From Candidatus Multivoradales bacterium (GTDB taxonomy: Bacteria > Acidobacteriota > Thermoanaerobaculia > Multivoradales > JAHEKO01), in the NCBI GenBank assembly GCA_965248055.1, contig CBDFIJ010000004.1, forward strand, positions 3,281,973 through 3,345,972: DNA of 64,000 bases, written 5' to 3'. The notes beneath the pieces were generated by a model that saw only the letters and a program-made list of their open reading frames with translations, searched no databases and had not been told where the DNA came from. Positions 47,335 to 58,600 of this stretch are shown piece after piece. Made by a program: the position numbers and the translations under genes. Positions within the stretch are counted from its first letter, which is position 1. Each line of letters opens with the position of its first letter.

Positions 47335-48483
47335 TTGACAGATCAAGAACACACTGACGGTGGGCCGCCGCCGATTCCCACCGCCCAGGATTGGGACAGC
47401 GAGACGGTTGCACTTGAGCGCCACTCCTGCCCAGCCTGTGGGGCTCAAGCGGAATGGAGTGCCTCCAAGCATCGCCTGATTTGTGCCTACTGCGGCACCG
47501 AGTCGCCGTGCGAGATCGACCGCGAAACCGGCAAGATCCAAGAGATCGATTTGGTCAAGACGCTGCGCGAGATGCCGGCGAACCTGCGCGGCTGGAAAGC
47601 CGAGAAGAGGACGGTGCGCTGTCGTAGCTGTCGTGCGGTGTCGGTGTTTGACCCAGAGCGCGTTGGCCAGAACTGTGATTTCTGCGGTTCTCCGAAGCTG
47701 GTGGACTATGACGAGATCAAACCGCCGATTCGGCCACAGAGCGTTTTGCCGTTCATGGTTGACCAGGGCAAGATTCGTGATCGGCTGCGCAAGTGGTTCG
47801 GCTCCAAGTGGTTGGCCCCCGGAAAGCTCAAGAAAAAGGCGCTGGTGGATCAGGTGCGGGGAATCTATCTGCCGTATTGGACCTTCGACGCCCAAGTGAG
47901 CTGCCGCTGGTCTGCAGATTCGGGAACCTACTACTACGTTACTGAGAACTACCGTGACAACAATGGACGCAATAGCACCCGGCAAGTGCAGAGGGTGCGC
48001 TGGACTCCGGCGTCGGGGTCGCTCATGCACTTTTTTGATGACGAACCGGTACCGGGCACTCAGGGCGTGCCGCTGGATCTACTGCGCAGCGTAGAGCCGT
48101 TTCCGACCCAAGACTTGGTGCCCTACGACACCGCTTTTTTGTCTGGGTTTGTGGTCGAGCACTATCGAATCGTTTTGATCGATGCTGCGCAGGCATCGCG
48201 AGAGCAAATGGAGCAGCAGCTGCAGCAACTTTGTGGTCGCGAGGTTCCTGGTGATACCTACCGCAACCTACGCATTTCCCCCAACTACTCCGGACAGACT
48301 TTCAAGCACATTCTGGTGCCGGTGTGGCATCTGACCTACGACTATCACGGCAAGAATTTTCAGGTGGTGGCCAACGGGAGTACCGGCGAGGTGGCTGGCC
48401 ACTACCCCAAGAGCGCTTGGAAGATTTTCTTCCTGGCGCTGTTGGCGCTGATCATCGTTCTTGTCTTTCTCTATCTCGGTTGA
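47335..48483 (+). CDS. Zinc-ribbon membrane protein partnered with the SPFH gene
   Basis: Four CxxC pairs, YLPYWTFD, LVPVW...VANG.TG.V.G..P.S and C-terminal TM. Confidence 0.85.
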   Translation: MTDQEHTDGGPPPIPTAQDWDSETVALERHSCPACGAQAEWSASKHRLICAYCGTESPCEIDRETGKIQEIDLVKTLREMPANLRGWKAEKRTVRCRSCRAVSVFDPERVGQNCDFCGSPKLVDYDEIKPPIRPQSVLPFMVDQGKIRDRLRKWFGSKWLAPGKLKKKALVDQVRGIYLPYWTFDAQVSCRWSADSGTYYYVTENYRDNNGRNSTRQVQRVRWTPASGSLMHFFDDEPVPGTQGVPLDLLRSVEPFPTQDLVPYDTAFLSGFVVEHYRIVLIDAAQASREQMEQQLQQLCGREVPGDTYRNLRISPNYSGQTFKHILVPVWHLTYDYHGKNFQVVANGSTGEVAGHYPKSAWKIFFLALLALIIVLVFLYLG

Positions 48484-48582
48484 AGGCTGGCTGTTCCAGG
48501 CCTTGAATCACGGCAGCTCGTGCTCAACATTGTCGATTGGCCGACTTATGTGTTCTAGTCGCAAAATGAAAAGAGGATCGTT

Positions 48583-49194
48583 ATGAATCAATGCAGTGCT
48601 GACAGCCGTTTCTCCATGAGCGACATCTTTGCTGAACGCTGGAGTCCGCTTTCGTTTACCGACCAAGAGATTGACACCAACACATTGGGGTCGATGTTTG
48701 CTGCTGCGCAATGGGCAGCTTCGGCGTTCAATGAGCAGCCTTGGAGGTTTGTCGTTGGCCGGCGCGGGGATGAAGTGTTTGACGCTATCTTCGAGAGCTT
48801 GATGGCGGGAAACCAGCCTTGGGCAGGAAAGGCCTCGGCCTTGGCAATCGTGGTCGCCAAGAGCACCTACACCCACCATGGGAAACCGAACAAACATGCT
48901 TGGTACGACAGCGGCCAAGCGGTGGCGCAATTAGTAGGAGAAGCCACTACGCGAGGTTGGTCGATTCACCAGATGGCGGGATTTTCTGCCGATATGGCGC
49001 GGGCGTCATTCGAGATTCCGGACGACTTTCAACCGGTGGCGGCGATTGCGATTGGCAAGCGAGGGCCGGCGGCCTCCTTGCCCGAACCGCTGGATGAGCG
49101 AGAGAACGCACCGCGGTCGCGGCGATCGCTGAACGAGACAGTTTTTGGTTTGCAGTGGGGGCGAACGTCTGACCTCATCGGCCAGTCGGAGTGA
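48583..49194 (+). CDS. Nitroreductase-family protein
   Basis: RWSP.SF, AAQWAAS.FNEQPWRF and HQMAGF. Confidence 0.9.
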   Translation: MNQCSADSRFSMSDIFAERWSPLSFTDQEIDTNTLGSMFAAAQWAASAFNEQPWRFVVGRRGDEVFDAIFESLMAGNQPWAGKASALAIVVAKSTYTHHGKPNKHAWYDSGQAVAQLVGEATTRGWSIHQMAGFSADMARASFEIPDDFQPVAAIAIGKRGPAASLPEPLDERENAPRSRRSLNETVFGLQWGRTSDLIGQSE

Positions 49195-50984
49195 TTACCA
49201 ACCGTGTGTGCCTCGGACCAGCGCTAGTCAGTGCTTGTGTTTTTCTTGCTGGATGGTTGGGTGTTGCGGAGGTTGTCTCGGCGCAGCAGGGTCGCGCACT
49301 GGGTTTTACCCGTGTACCACTGTTGTTGCCAGGCGTACCGGCGGCGATTTTTCCCGCTGATGTAACGGGAGATGGCCGCGATGACTTAGCCGTAGTTGTG
49401 GTTTATAACCAGTGGGGCAGCGTTACTGAGTTTGAGGAAGCCAGCTTTGATGGAGTTGAGGGTTTGGTTGAGGTGATGAATGTGGTTCCGGCTTTGATCG
49501 ACCGCCGGGAATTGCGCATTTATCCGGGGCTTATCGGCCAGCCGGGCTACGGCCCGTCTCTACCAGCACTTGCACTCGATACTTCGATCCATGCTTTTAG
49601 CACAATGAAAAACATCTCAGGAGAAGGCGAGACGTTGATTGCGGTGACCGATGAGGGAATCTCGATGGTGCAAGTCGACGTCGTGAAAGGAATGTCATCG
49701 CTTCGACCGTTGGTGCTCCAACCCACAAGCTTGAGCGGAAGCGGCCGCTTCTATTCGGATTTCGAGTTTCTCCATGACCTGGACTCTGATGGTCATCCGG
49801 ACGCTCTGTTACCAACCGAAGGCGGTTGGGTGCTGTTGCCAGGAATCGAAAACAGTTTCTCTAAGCAAGGAGTTCGATTCCTCGCTAAGCCGATCCTCGG
49901 AGAACCTGAAACAGACGTGCATCAAGGGCCTGAAGTAGGGCAAGTCCAAGAGGATGGCCGCAAAGATCGACAGCTCGATCAAAAAGATGAGAGTGAGTTG
50001 CAGCCGCAGCGGCCGCGTCTCCCCGAAGTTCGTGATCTCAATGGCGATGCCCTGGATGATTTGGTACTACTGCATAATGATTCCGGTGGGCCGGAGAGCA
50101 GCGGAATTCTCTACCGCAACCTCGGAGGTCTAACGTTCGCCGAGCCAGTGGTTCTCCAGGTCCCGGCGGATTGGGAAGGAAAAGATAGTCAAGATGAATT
50201 TGGAGAGATCGTTTATGTCGGGCAACTGGCTAACGATCTGCGTGCGGTGGCGGTGGCTCGATGGGAACTCAAGCGCTGGCAGGACCCGACCATGCGTCAA
50301 GAAATCGACTCGGCTAAGCGGCCGCTTTTCGGCTATCGCCTTTACGAGCTTCGGGAGGACTTTTCTCGCGGACCTGAACAACTCCGATTCCAGACCAGTG
50401 GCTACAGCTTCGGAGACACCGAAGCGGATGAAGACAGCGAAGATGGCTTCGAGATTCGGTTGCCATTAGGTTTCCAGGATTTGGATGGCGACCAGCGGCT
50501 TGACTTAATTGCTATGGAGTTAGACTTCTCGATCTTGCCGTTGATCACCCGCGCTCTTGTGACCCGTTCCCTCAAGCTGACACTGAACTTCAAGGTCTCG
50601 TGTCAGCGGGCCGATGGCACTTTTGAAACGATCACCGGAATGGATCTTTCAGGTCGATTCAAAATCAACCTACGCAACGACAAAGTTCGGCATTTATCTC
50701 AGTTCGCGGGCGACTTTGACGGGGACGGCAGGGCTGACTTCGTTCAACTTGGGGCTGGCAGAGGGGTCAACGTCCATTACGGTCAGGCGGGATGTCACTA
50801 TTCGGCGACTGCGGACCAAGTCATCGAGCTGGAACGCAAACCCAAACACCTCGGTTTAGTCCGTGTCCTCGACATCAACGGCGATCTGCGCTCGGACCTC
50901 TATGTTGTACACCCTCTCGAAAAACCGAACAAGGAAAGGTCGACGCCGGTGCGAATTGATATCTACGTAAGCCAGCCGAGTTAG
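49191..50984 (+). CDS. Secreted FG-GAP/VCBS-repeat protein
   Basis: Repeated D(V/L/F)(T/D/N)GDG..D motifs; signal peptide. Confidence 0.85.
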   Translation: MITNRVCLGPALVSACVFLAGWLGVAEVVSAQQGRALGFTRVPLLLPGVPAAIFPADVTGDGRDDLAVVVVYNQWGSVTEFEEASFDGVEGLVEVMNVVPALIDRRELRIYPGLIGQPGYGPSLPALALDTSIHAFSTMKNISGEGETLIAVTDEGISMVQVDVVKGMSSLRPLVLQPTSLSGSGRFYSDFEFLHDLDSDGHPDALLPTEGGWVLLPGIENSFSKQGVRFLAKPILGEPETDVHQGPEVGQVQEDGRKDRQLDQKDESELQPQRPRLPEVRDLNGDALDDLVLLHNDSGGPESSGILYRNLGGLTFAEPVVLQVPADWEGKDSQDEFGEIVYVGQLANDLRAVAVARWELKRWQDPTMRQEIDSAKRPLFGYRLYELREDFSRGPEQLRFQTSGYSFGDTEADEDSEDGFEIRLPLGFQDLDGDQRLDLIAMELDFSILPLITRALVTRSLKLTLNFKVSCQRADGTFETITGMDLSGRFKINLRNDKVRHLSQFAGDFDGDGRADFVQLGAGRGVNVHYGQAGCHYSATADQVIELERKPKHLGLVRVLDINGDLRSDLYVVHPLEKPNKERSTPVRIDIYVSQPS

Positions 50985-53900
50985 GCTGACGCAGCAGCAG
51001 TGATCCCGGCGTCGATCTCGTCCAACTCCACCGACACCACTTTCGAAACGCCGCGCTCCGCCATCGTCACTCCGTAGAGGGTCGAGGCGGCTTCCATGGT
51101 GAGTTTGTTGTGGGTGATGATGATGAACTGGGTCTCCTTGGCCATGCGACGCAGCATGTCGACGAAGCGCAGACAGTTGATGTCATCAAGCGGTGCGTCC
51201 ACTTCGTCGAGAACGCAGAACGGGGACGGCGTGTGACGAAACAGGGCAAACAGCAGCGCCAGAGCGGTCAAAGCCTTTTCGCCACCCGACATCAACATCA
51301 GATTTTGTAGCCGCTTTCCCGGAGGTCGAGCGACGATCTCAATGCCGCTTTCCAGCACGTTGTCTTCGTCGAGCAAACGCATCTCGGCCTCGCCACCGGC
51401 GAACAATTCCTCGAAGGTGGAGGAGAAGTGTTGGTTGACCGCAGTAAAGGTTTTCAAGAAACGCTCGGATGAGGTGGCGTCGATTTCGGCGATCGTGGCA
51501 CGCAGGCTTTCGACCGATTCCAGGACGTCAGTCCGCTGAACGGTGAGGAACTCATAGCGTTCACCATGTTCGTCGAGCTCTTCAGCGGCCAACTCGTTGA
51601 CCGGCCCCATACGCTCCAGGACTCCGCGCGCCGCTTCCAAGTTGGCTTCTAGTTGCTCAAGAGGTCTCTCGTCTGCGACCACTTGATTCGGAAGTGGATC
51701 GTCGAAGTGCTCTCGATAATCGGCGCCGACGTGTTCCAGCTTTTCTTGCAATCCGGCCTGTTGCACGCGCAGTTCGGTTAGGGTGTTGCGCTCTGTCTCT
51801 AAGCGGGTTCGGTCCGTGCCAACTTCACGGTCGATGTTAGTTAGGGTTTGTCGCGACTGCTCCCAACCTTCCCGCAGTGTAATTCCTTTGCTTTCCAGTT
51901 CGGTCTTTGCTTCCAAAGCTTGTTGCAACTTCGCAGTGACGCTTTCCACTTCTTGGATCAGGTCGAGCTTGCGCTGTTGCAGACGATCGACTTCACTGTT
52001 CCAACTGGTGATCCGAGTCTCGGCAGCGGTTTGATCTTGGCCGAGACGTTCCAATTCGCGTTGATTGGCCCCCAAGCGCTCCAGAACCACTTCCAGCGAA
52101 CCGCGGCGAGTAGCTCCTGAGGCGCGGCTGTTCTCTCGCCGTTCACGGGCCTGATCCAGATTTTTCTGCTGCTGATCAAAGGAACTCTCATGCTCGCCGT
52201 GGCGCTGGCTTAGATCGTCAACCCGAATCTGGTGCTCCTCGATAGACTGATCCAGGCGTTGGATTTCTCGCTCGATCTCGGATTTTTCATTGTCCAGACC
52301 GCGCAACTCAGAGGACAATCTAGTCTTGGTCGCGACCGCTTCCTCTTCCTTGGTGGCTGCAATCGCCGCTTCCCGCTGGGCTCGCTCCAAGTCGCTGCGC
52401 AAAGTCTCCACTTGCTGGGTGTTTTGCGTTAGCTCGGAATCCAGTTCGCTGAGGTCGCGATCCAAGTCCTCGATCTGCACTCGCACTCTGGGTTGTTCGG
52501 TTTCCAGACTTTTCCGCTCATTCTCGCGAGCGATGGATCCCGGTTGGGCTTTCTCGCCCAGCACGCGGAGTAAGCGTCCCTGAATCCAACGTCCGTCTTG
52601 GCACAGAAAGGCTGCTTCCGGGTGGGACTCGGCCAGGCGGCGGGCGTCGGCCCACGACTTCACCAAATATGCCGGTGGCAAGGTCGAGCCCAACGCGGGG
52701 TCAAGACCCAGCGCTTCGGCCAGCGGGGAAAGGATCGCAGTGTCCTTGATTTCCTGACTGGTTCGCTTGTTGGGGCCGATCACGGCGTCAGAGCGAACCA
52801 GGACCGTTGAGCTGCCTTCGCCGCTGCCCAGTACTGCCGCCAGATCGTCTTCGGATCCGTCTGACGACACCAAAGCGCCGCTAATTCGATCGAGGAAAAA
52901 GTCCACAGCGCGTTCCCAGCCGTCTTTGGCACGGATCTGGTCTTGCAGAAAAACCGGATTGTCGATGCCGGACTCTTCTAAACGCCTCTCCAACCTAGCG
53001 CGCCGCGCTGCCTGTTCTTGGCTGGCTTCGGTGAGAAACTCCAACGCCGCAGTCAGTCTGGACAGTTGCTGCTCAAGCTGATTGCGCCGGTTTCGTAAGG
53101 TTTCTGCTTTGGCTTCGAGCTTGGCACGCTTACCGGTCTCGGTATCCAATTGATCGCGCGCCTGTTGCTCGGTTTGGCGCAACTTGGCAACGCGATCCGA
53201 GGAGTGGGTGAGTTCGGATTCGATGTTCTTGAGCAGGTCTTTCTTGCCGTCACGTTCTTCGACCACCCGCCGCAGTCGGAACTGGCCTTTTTCTTTCTCA
53301 GTGGTCTGTTGGTGCAATCGGTTGCGCTCGCCGGTCAAGCCGCCAAAGGCCTCCAACAGAGCCGCCCGGCGCTCTTCCAGCGACGCTTGCTCTTGGATTA
53401 CCAATTCTTCTGCACCGCTGAACAAGTCGTCGGTGGCGGTGAGTTCCTGCTCGGCGGCGATCCGTGCCGCGGCGGTCTCGGTCTGCACTGATTGCAGATC
53501 GGTCGACCGCAGTGCCATTCCCTCGATTTCGATACGGGTGCGCTTGGCCAGTTCTTGGTTGGAGGCGATGCGTTCCTCAATTTCGCGAATGGTGCGTTGG
53601 GCACCCTGGAGAAACTCCTGACGCCCTTGGATCTTGGCTGCTAATTCGGCCTCTTGGCGATGGTGCTCGGAGACGGTTTGTCCCTGTTGATCACTGGTCT
53701 CTCGTAGCGAGGCAATGTGCGCTTCGCGCTCGCCGAGTTGTCCGGCGAGCGACGCGGTCGAATCTTGAACCGTGGCCAACTCGGTGCTCACGCGCTGCAA
53801 CGTGGAGCGCATCCCCGCAGCTCGGCTGAGTAGGGTCGCTTGCAGCAGATCGCGAAAGTTCTGTCGCCGTTCCTTGAATCGTCGTGCCGCGCCCGCCTGT

Positions 53901-54523
53901 CGTTTCAGCGAGCGGATCGAACGCTCCACCTCACCGACGATATCGTCGAGGCGATTCAAGTTAGAGACCGTCTCTTCCAGTTTCAGCTGGGTGAGATGTC
54001 GACGATTGCGGTATTTGGTGACCCCTGCCGCTTCTTCGAGCAGCCGCCGCCGTTCCTGCGGCTTGCCGGAGAGGATGAGGTCGATTTTTCCTTGCTCGAT
54101 TACCGAATAGGCACGCAGTCCCAGACCGGTGCCGGACAGTAAATCTTTGATGTCCTTTAGTCGACCGGTCTTGCCGTTGATCAGAAAGGTGCTCTCGCCA
54201 GAGCGATAGACCCGCCGACCGATGGTCAGTCGGCCCTCTTCGGAGAAGGGAAAGGACGAGTCGGTGGAGAGTTCCAGGCTAACTTCCGCCATTCCCAGTG
54301 GCTTGCGTCCAGCGGCACCAGCAAAAATGACGTCACCCATGGTGTCGGCGCGCAAGGCCTTAGCGCTACGTTCGCCCAAAACCCAGGTGATGGCGTCCGC
54401 GACATTGCTCTTGCCACAGCCATTGGGGCCGACAATTGCGCTAATACGGCCCGAAAAGGCGAGGTCGACCGGATCAACGAAAGATTTGAATCCGGAAATG
54501 TCCAGAGTTTCGAGCTTAAGCAT
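50981..54523 (-). CDS. smc: Chromosome segregation protein SMC
   Basis: GFKSF, GPNGCGKSN, coiled coils, MSGGEKA and LDEVDAPLD; ATG at 54523. Confidence 0.96.
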   Translation of the reverse strand: MLKLETLDISGFKSFVDPVDLAFSGRISAIVGPNGCGKSNVADAITWVLGERSAKALRADTMGDVIFAGAAGRKPLGMAEVSLELSTDSSFPFSEEGRLTIGRRVYRSGESTFLINGKTGRLKDIKDLLSGTGLGLRAYSVIEQGKIDLILSGKPQERRRLLEEAAGVTKYRNRRHLTQLKLEETVSNLNRLDDIVGEVERSIRSLKRQAGAARRFKERRQNFRDLLQATLLSRAAGMRSTLQRVSTELATVQDSTASLAGQLGEREAHIASLRETSDQQGQTVSEHHRQEAELAAKIQGRQEFLQGAQRTIREIEERIASNQELAKRTRIEIEGMALRSTDLQSVQTETAAARIAAEQELTATDDLFSGAEELVIQEQASLEERRAALLEAFGGLTGERNRLHQQTTEKEKGQFRLRRVVEERDGKKDLLKNIESELTHSSDRVAKLRQTEQQARDQLDTETGKRAKLEAKAETLRNRRNQLEQQLSRLTAALEFLTEASQEQAARRARLERRLEESGIDNPVFLQDQIRAKDGWERAVDFFLDRISGALVSSDGSEDDLAAVLGSGEGSSTVLVRSDAVIGPNKRTSQEIKDTAILSPLAEALGLDPALGSTLPPAYLVKSWADARRLAESHPEAAFLCQDGRWIQGRLLRVLGEKAQPGSIARENERKSLETEQPRVRVQIEDLDRDLSELDSELTQNTQQVETLRSDLERAQREAAIAATKEEEAVATKTRLSSELRGLDNEKSEIEREIQRLDQSIEEHQIRVDDLSQRHGEHESSFDQQQKNLDQARERRENSRASGATRRGSLEVVLERLGANQRELERLGQDQTAAETRITSWNSEVDRLQQRKLDLIQEVESVTAKLQQALEAKTELESKGITLREGWEQSRQTLTNIDREVGTDRTRLETERNTLTELRVQQAGLQEKLEHVGADYREHFDDPLPNQVVADERPLEQLEANLEAARGVLERMGPVNELAAEELDEHGERYEFLTVQRTDVLESVESLRATIAEIDATSSERFLKTFTAVNQHFSSTFEELFAGGEAEMRLLDEDNVLESGIEIVARPPGKRLQNLMLMSGGEKALTALALLFALFRHTPSPFCVLDEVDAPLDDINCLRFVDMLRRMAKETQFIIITHNKLTMEAASTLYGVTMAERGVSKVVSVELDEIDAGITAAASA

Positions 54524-54616
54524 GGTGAAATTCTCGTTCCGGGACCGGAATTTAGCACAAATTGTGGGGTCAGGTGCTAGGGCAAACACTACATATTGTG
54601 GTTTTGGCCGTTTTGG

Positions 54617-54645
54617 TTGACTTCCGCCACGGGTCGCCTTACCAT
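54617..54645 (+). promoter_or_regulatory. Sigma70-type promoter of the pyr operon
   Basis: TTGACT-17 nt-TACCAT about 100 nt upstream of pyrR. Confidence 0.6.
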
Positions 54646-54743
54646 CCGTAAGGTCGATCCAAACAGCGTTTGCCTTAACGTCATCGGCCACCCGTTTTTC
54701 GTTGGATGGCAGTGTCACTAGATGACAGTAGTATTGGACGACC

Positions 54744-55313
54744 ATGGCGACCGCTCAAGCAAAGCAGATCTACGACAAACACCATATGCGACGCATGATT
54801 CGTCGCATGGCGGGTGAGTTGGTCGAGCGCCATCAAGGGGCCGAAGACCTGCTGTTGGTGGGTATTCGCACCCGCGGTGTACCGCTGGCTGAGGCCCTGG
54901 TGCGAGAGGTGAAGGCGATGGAGGGTGGCGAGGTACCGCTGGGCACCTTGGACATCACCCTCTACCGGGATGACCTGTCGACCATCGCACAGCAGCCGAT
55001 CGTGCGGGAAACGGTGCTTCCGGGTTCGCTCGATGGCAAGACCGTGGTGCTTTGTGACGACGTTTTGTTTACCGGTCGCACGATTCGCGCCGCATTGGAT
55101 GCTTTGATGGACTTTGGCCGGCCCAAGGCAGTTCGATTGGCGGTGTTGATTGATCGAGGTGGGCGCGAGCTGCCGATTCAAGGAGACATTGTCGGCGAAC
55201 GCTGGGAAGCCTCAGAGGGACAGTTGGTCGACGTCCATTTTGCCGAAACCGACGATGGCTCGGAAGGGATCTTTGTGCGCGACACCGAGGCTGAGGTGGG
55301 GGTTCAAAGCTAG
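54744..55313 (+). CDS. pyrR: Bifunctional pyr regulator/uracil phosphoribosyltransferase
   Basis: GIRTRGVPLA, LDITLYRDD, DDVLFTGRTIRAA and DRG.RELPI. Confidence 0.95.
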   Translation: MATAQAKQIYDKHHMRRMIRRMAGELVERHQGAEDLLLVGIRTRGVPLAEALVREVKAMEGGEVPLGTLDITLYRDDLSTIAQQPIVRETVLPGSLDGKTVVLCDDVLFTGRTIRAALDALMDFGRPKAVRLAVLIDRGGRELPIQGDIVGERWEASEGQLVDVHFAETDDGSEGIFVRDTEAEVGVQS

Positions 55314-56261
55314 ATGGAAACCTCGATCAGCTGGACGCGCAAAGATCTGCTCGGCATTAGAGAATTGTCGGCCGATGAGATCCGTCTGATCTTGGACACC
55401 GCAGAGTCTTTTTGCGAGATCGCCGAGCGACCGATCAAAAAGGTGCCGACGCTGCGCGGCAAGACGGTGATTAACCTGTTCTTGGAGCCCTCGACCCGGA
55501 CCCGTTCCAGCTTTGAGATCGCCGAGAAACGACTGTCGGCGGATGGCTTGAACTTCTCCTCCTCGGGTTCAGCCTTGAGCAAAGGTGAAGGGCTGGTCGA
55601 CACTGCGCTCAATCTAGAGGCCATGTCGCCCGACTTGGTGGTGATTCGCCATCAGCATCCGGGAGTGCCTCATATGCTGGCCAAGATCCTCGATTCTGGG
55701 GTGATCAACGCCGGAGACGGGGCGCATGAGCACCCGACTCAGGCGCTGCTGGATGCCCTGACGATCCAGCAGAAGAAGGGCAAGATCGAGGGCCTCAAGG
55801 TGTCGATCATCGGTGACATTGAACACAGCCGTGTGGTCCGTTCCAATATTCATCTTCTGACTAAGTTGGGAGCCCAAGTCACCGTCGGCGGCTTGCGCAC
55901 CATGATGCCGGCGGGGATCAAAGACTTGGGAGTGCGGGTGGCAACCACCATCGAAGATGCGGTTGAAGGTGCCGACGTGGTGATGATGTTGCGGATTCAG
56001 AAGGAACGGCTGAAGGGCGGATCGCTATTTCCCTCCAACGCCGAGTACTTCGAGGTCTTTGGCCTGACACGCAAGCGACTAGATGGCGCAAAAGAGGACG
56101 CTCTGGTGATGCATCCAGGGCCAATGAACCGCGGGGTAGAGATTGCCAGCGATGTTGCTGATGGGCCGCAGTCGGTGATCCTGCATCAGGTAGGCAATGG
56201 GGTCGCGGTGCGGATGGCGGTGCTCTACTTGCTGTCCGGTGCCTCGCAGGAGGGAGCGTGA
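55314..56261 (+). CDS. pyrB: Aspartate carbamoyltransferase catalytic subunit
   Basis: [18 protein letters not shown] and HPGPMNRG. Confidence 0.97.
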   Translation: METSISWTRKDLLGIRELSADEIRLILDTAESFCEIAERPIKKVPTLRGKTVINLFLEPSTRTRSSFEIAEKRLSADGLNFSSSGSALSKGEGLVDTALNLEAMSPDLVVIRHQHPGVPHMLAKILDSGVINAGDGAHEHPTQALLDALTIQQKKGKIEGLKVSIIGDIEHSRVVRSNIHLLTKLGAQVTVGGLRTMMPAGIKDLGVRVATTIEDAVEGADVVMMLRIQKERLKGGSLFPSNAEYFEVFGLTRKRLDGAKEDALVMHPGPMNRGVEIASDVADGPQSVILHQVGNGVAVRMAVLYLLSGASQEGA

Positions 56262-57532
56262 AGCTTCTAGTTCGTGGCGGCCGCGTGGTGGATCCGGCGA
56301 CCGGGGTCGACGGTCAAGCCGACGTCTTGATCGAAGACGGTGTGATCCGAGAAGTGTCGGATCAGGTCTCAGGGGCCGATGGTGCGGAGGAGATTGATGC
56401 CAGCGGGTTGGTGGTCACCCCAGGGCTGATCGATATTCACGTCCACCTGCGCGAGCCGGGGCAGGAGTACAAGGAGACGGTGGCCAGCGGCACCCGAGCG
56501 GCTGCCAACGGCGGGTTTACCGCGGTCGCTTGTATGGCCAACACCGATCCGGTCAACGACCAACGCTCGGTCACCGAGCTGATCATGCAGCAAGCCGATC
56601 GGGCCGGTTTTGCCCGGGTCTATCCGATCGGGGCGGTGAGCAAAGGATTGTCGGGTCAAGAGCTAGCGGCAATTGCCGAAATGGTGGCCGCGGGCGCAGT
56701 GGCGATTTCAGACGACGGATTACCGGTCGCCAACGCCGAGTTAATGCGCCGCGCCTTGCTCTATGCCGAACACTTCGACATCCCGGTGATTCAGCACGCC
56801 CAAGACATGGACCTGACTGGGGATGGAGTGATGCACGAGGGCGCGGTTTCAACCCGGCTGGGATTGCCGGGGATTCCGGGTGCTTCCGAAGATGTGGTGG
56901 TGGCGCGTGATTTGATTTTGCAGCAGGACTTTGGCGGTCGCTACCACGTGGCTCATCTGTCCACCGCCCGATCCTTGCGCATGGTCAACGAGGCCAAGCA
57001 AGAGGGTCGCTCGGTAACCTGCGAAGTGACCCCGCACCATCTGCTGTTGACCGATGAAGCGGTGGACGAGACCCAGTTTGACGCCGACACCAAGATGAAT
57101 CCGCCGTTACGACCCGACCTGGACCGAGAGGCTCTACTCAACGGCATCGCCAACGGTGAGGTCGACGTGATCGCCAGTGACCATGCGCCCCATCATCAAG
57201 ATGAGAAAGCCGCGCAGTTCAGTGCCGCACCCTTTGGCGTGGTGGGCCTGGAAACCACGGTCTCCCTGTGCCTGGATCGTTTGGTAGGTGGGGGCGTGAT
57301 TGACCTCAAACGGATGGTCGAGTTGCTGTCCACGGCTCCAGCGCGGGTGCTCAAACTTGCCGGTGGAACCCTGGCCGAGGGCGCAGTGGGGGATCTCACT
57401 CTGTTGAACCTCGAGCAGTCGGTGACCGTGGAACCGGAACAGTTTTGTAGCAAGGGTCACAACAGCCCGTTCGCCGGATGGACCTTGACCGGAGCCCCAG
57501 TGGGCACGGTGATCGCCGGACGGCAGATCTAG
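56258..57532 (+). CDS. pyrC: Dihydroorotase
   Basis: [23 protein letters not shown] and SDHAPH. Confidence 0.96.
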   Translation: MKLLVRGGRVVDPATGVDGQADVLIEDGVIREVSDQVSGADGAEEIDASGLVVTPGLIDIHVHLREPGQEYKETVASGTRAAANGGFTAVACMANTDPVNDQRSVTELIMQQADRAGFARVYPIGAVSKGLSGQELAAIAEMVAAGAVAISDDGLPVANAELMRRALLYAEHFDIPVIQHAQDMDLTGDGVMHEGAVSTRLGLPGIPGASEDVVVARDLILQQDFGGRYHVAHLSTARSLRMVNEAKQEGRSVTCEVTPHHLLLTDEAVDETQFDADTKMNPPLRPDLDREALLNGIANGEVDVIASDHAPHHQDEKAAQFSAAPFGVVGLETTVSLCLDRLVGGGVIDLKRMVELLSTAPARVLKLAGGTLAEGAVGDLTLLNLEQSVTVEPEQFCSKGHNSPFAGWTLTGAPVGTVIAGRQI

Positions 57533-57636
57533 GCTTTGACTGCGAACCATTAGACCGCGCATTTTGATTCAAGTTCCGATTTTCAAGCCCAAAACTTCAA
57601 ACCTAGAAGCTTCAAACTTAGAATTCAAAGCTCGGA

Positions 57637-58559
57637 TGCAATCATTGCTGCAAACTGCTTTGGACGCCGCCGACCTAGCGTCAGAGGTCTTGCTTGATTA
57701 CTTTGGGCGCGAAAACCTTGAGGCCGAGGCCAAGCAGTCCAACGACTTTGTCACCGCAGCCGACAAAGCCAGCGAGCAGGCAATCCTTGAGTTGATCCGG
57801 CAACGACATCCGCAACATTCCATCCTTTCTGAGGAAGCTGGTTGGAGCGGTGTCGCCGACGCGGAGTATGTTTGGGTGGTCGATCCTTTGGATGGCACCA
57901 CCAATTTCTTACACCGGCTGCCGGTTTGGGGAGTTTCGATCGCTTGTTTGCGGAATGGCGAGCCGGTTGTTGGGGTGGTCGCGGAACCGGTGACTGGCAA
58001 GATCTTTTCTGCGGCCAAGGGTCAGGGAGCGTACTGCCAGCGAGGGCACTGCCAGCGAGAGCACTGCCAGAGTGGCAACGGTCGTAGCTCCAACAGACAG
58101 AGTTCCGGCGGACAGAAAGAAGCGATTTCGGTTTCTGGTTTGAATGGCATCGACGGTGCCTTTGTCGCCACCGGATTCCCCTTCAAAGCCAAGGACGCTT
58201 TGCCCCTCTATTTGGATATTTTTGAGTCCGTCTTCCGCCGCGCCAGAGCGGTGCGCCGCACCGGTGCCGCGGTCCTGGATTTGGCGTATACCGCTGCCGG
58301 AACCTACGACGGATTTTTTGAATTCAAGTTGTCCCCCTGGGATCTCGCCGCCGGAGCGATCTTGATCCAAGAGGCGGGCGGCAAGGTGTCCAACTTAGAT
58401 GGCGGCGCGGATTTTCTCAACAGCGGTAGCGTTTTGGCCGGAACTCCCGACACTTGGCGGGAACTGGTTGAGATTGTGGCGAAATTTGGTGGCGAGCAGA
58501 AGCTGGCGTCTAGCTTGGCTACCGATTCTTCGTTGGTAGGGTCGGCGGCGGGCCATTAG
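57637..58559 (+). CDS. suhB: Inositol monophosphatase family protein
   Basis: DFVT.AD, SEE, DPLDGTTNF and WDLAAG. Confidence 0.9.
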
Positions 58560-58600
58560 TTGCTTGCCTACGTAGTCCCAGCATACGGTGCTGATGCACA

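Noticed and set aside
54524-54745. 74-aa N-terminal extension of SMC from the ORF track
   Set aside because: Family homology starts at MLKLETL (54523); the region holds the divergent promoter and leader
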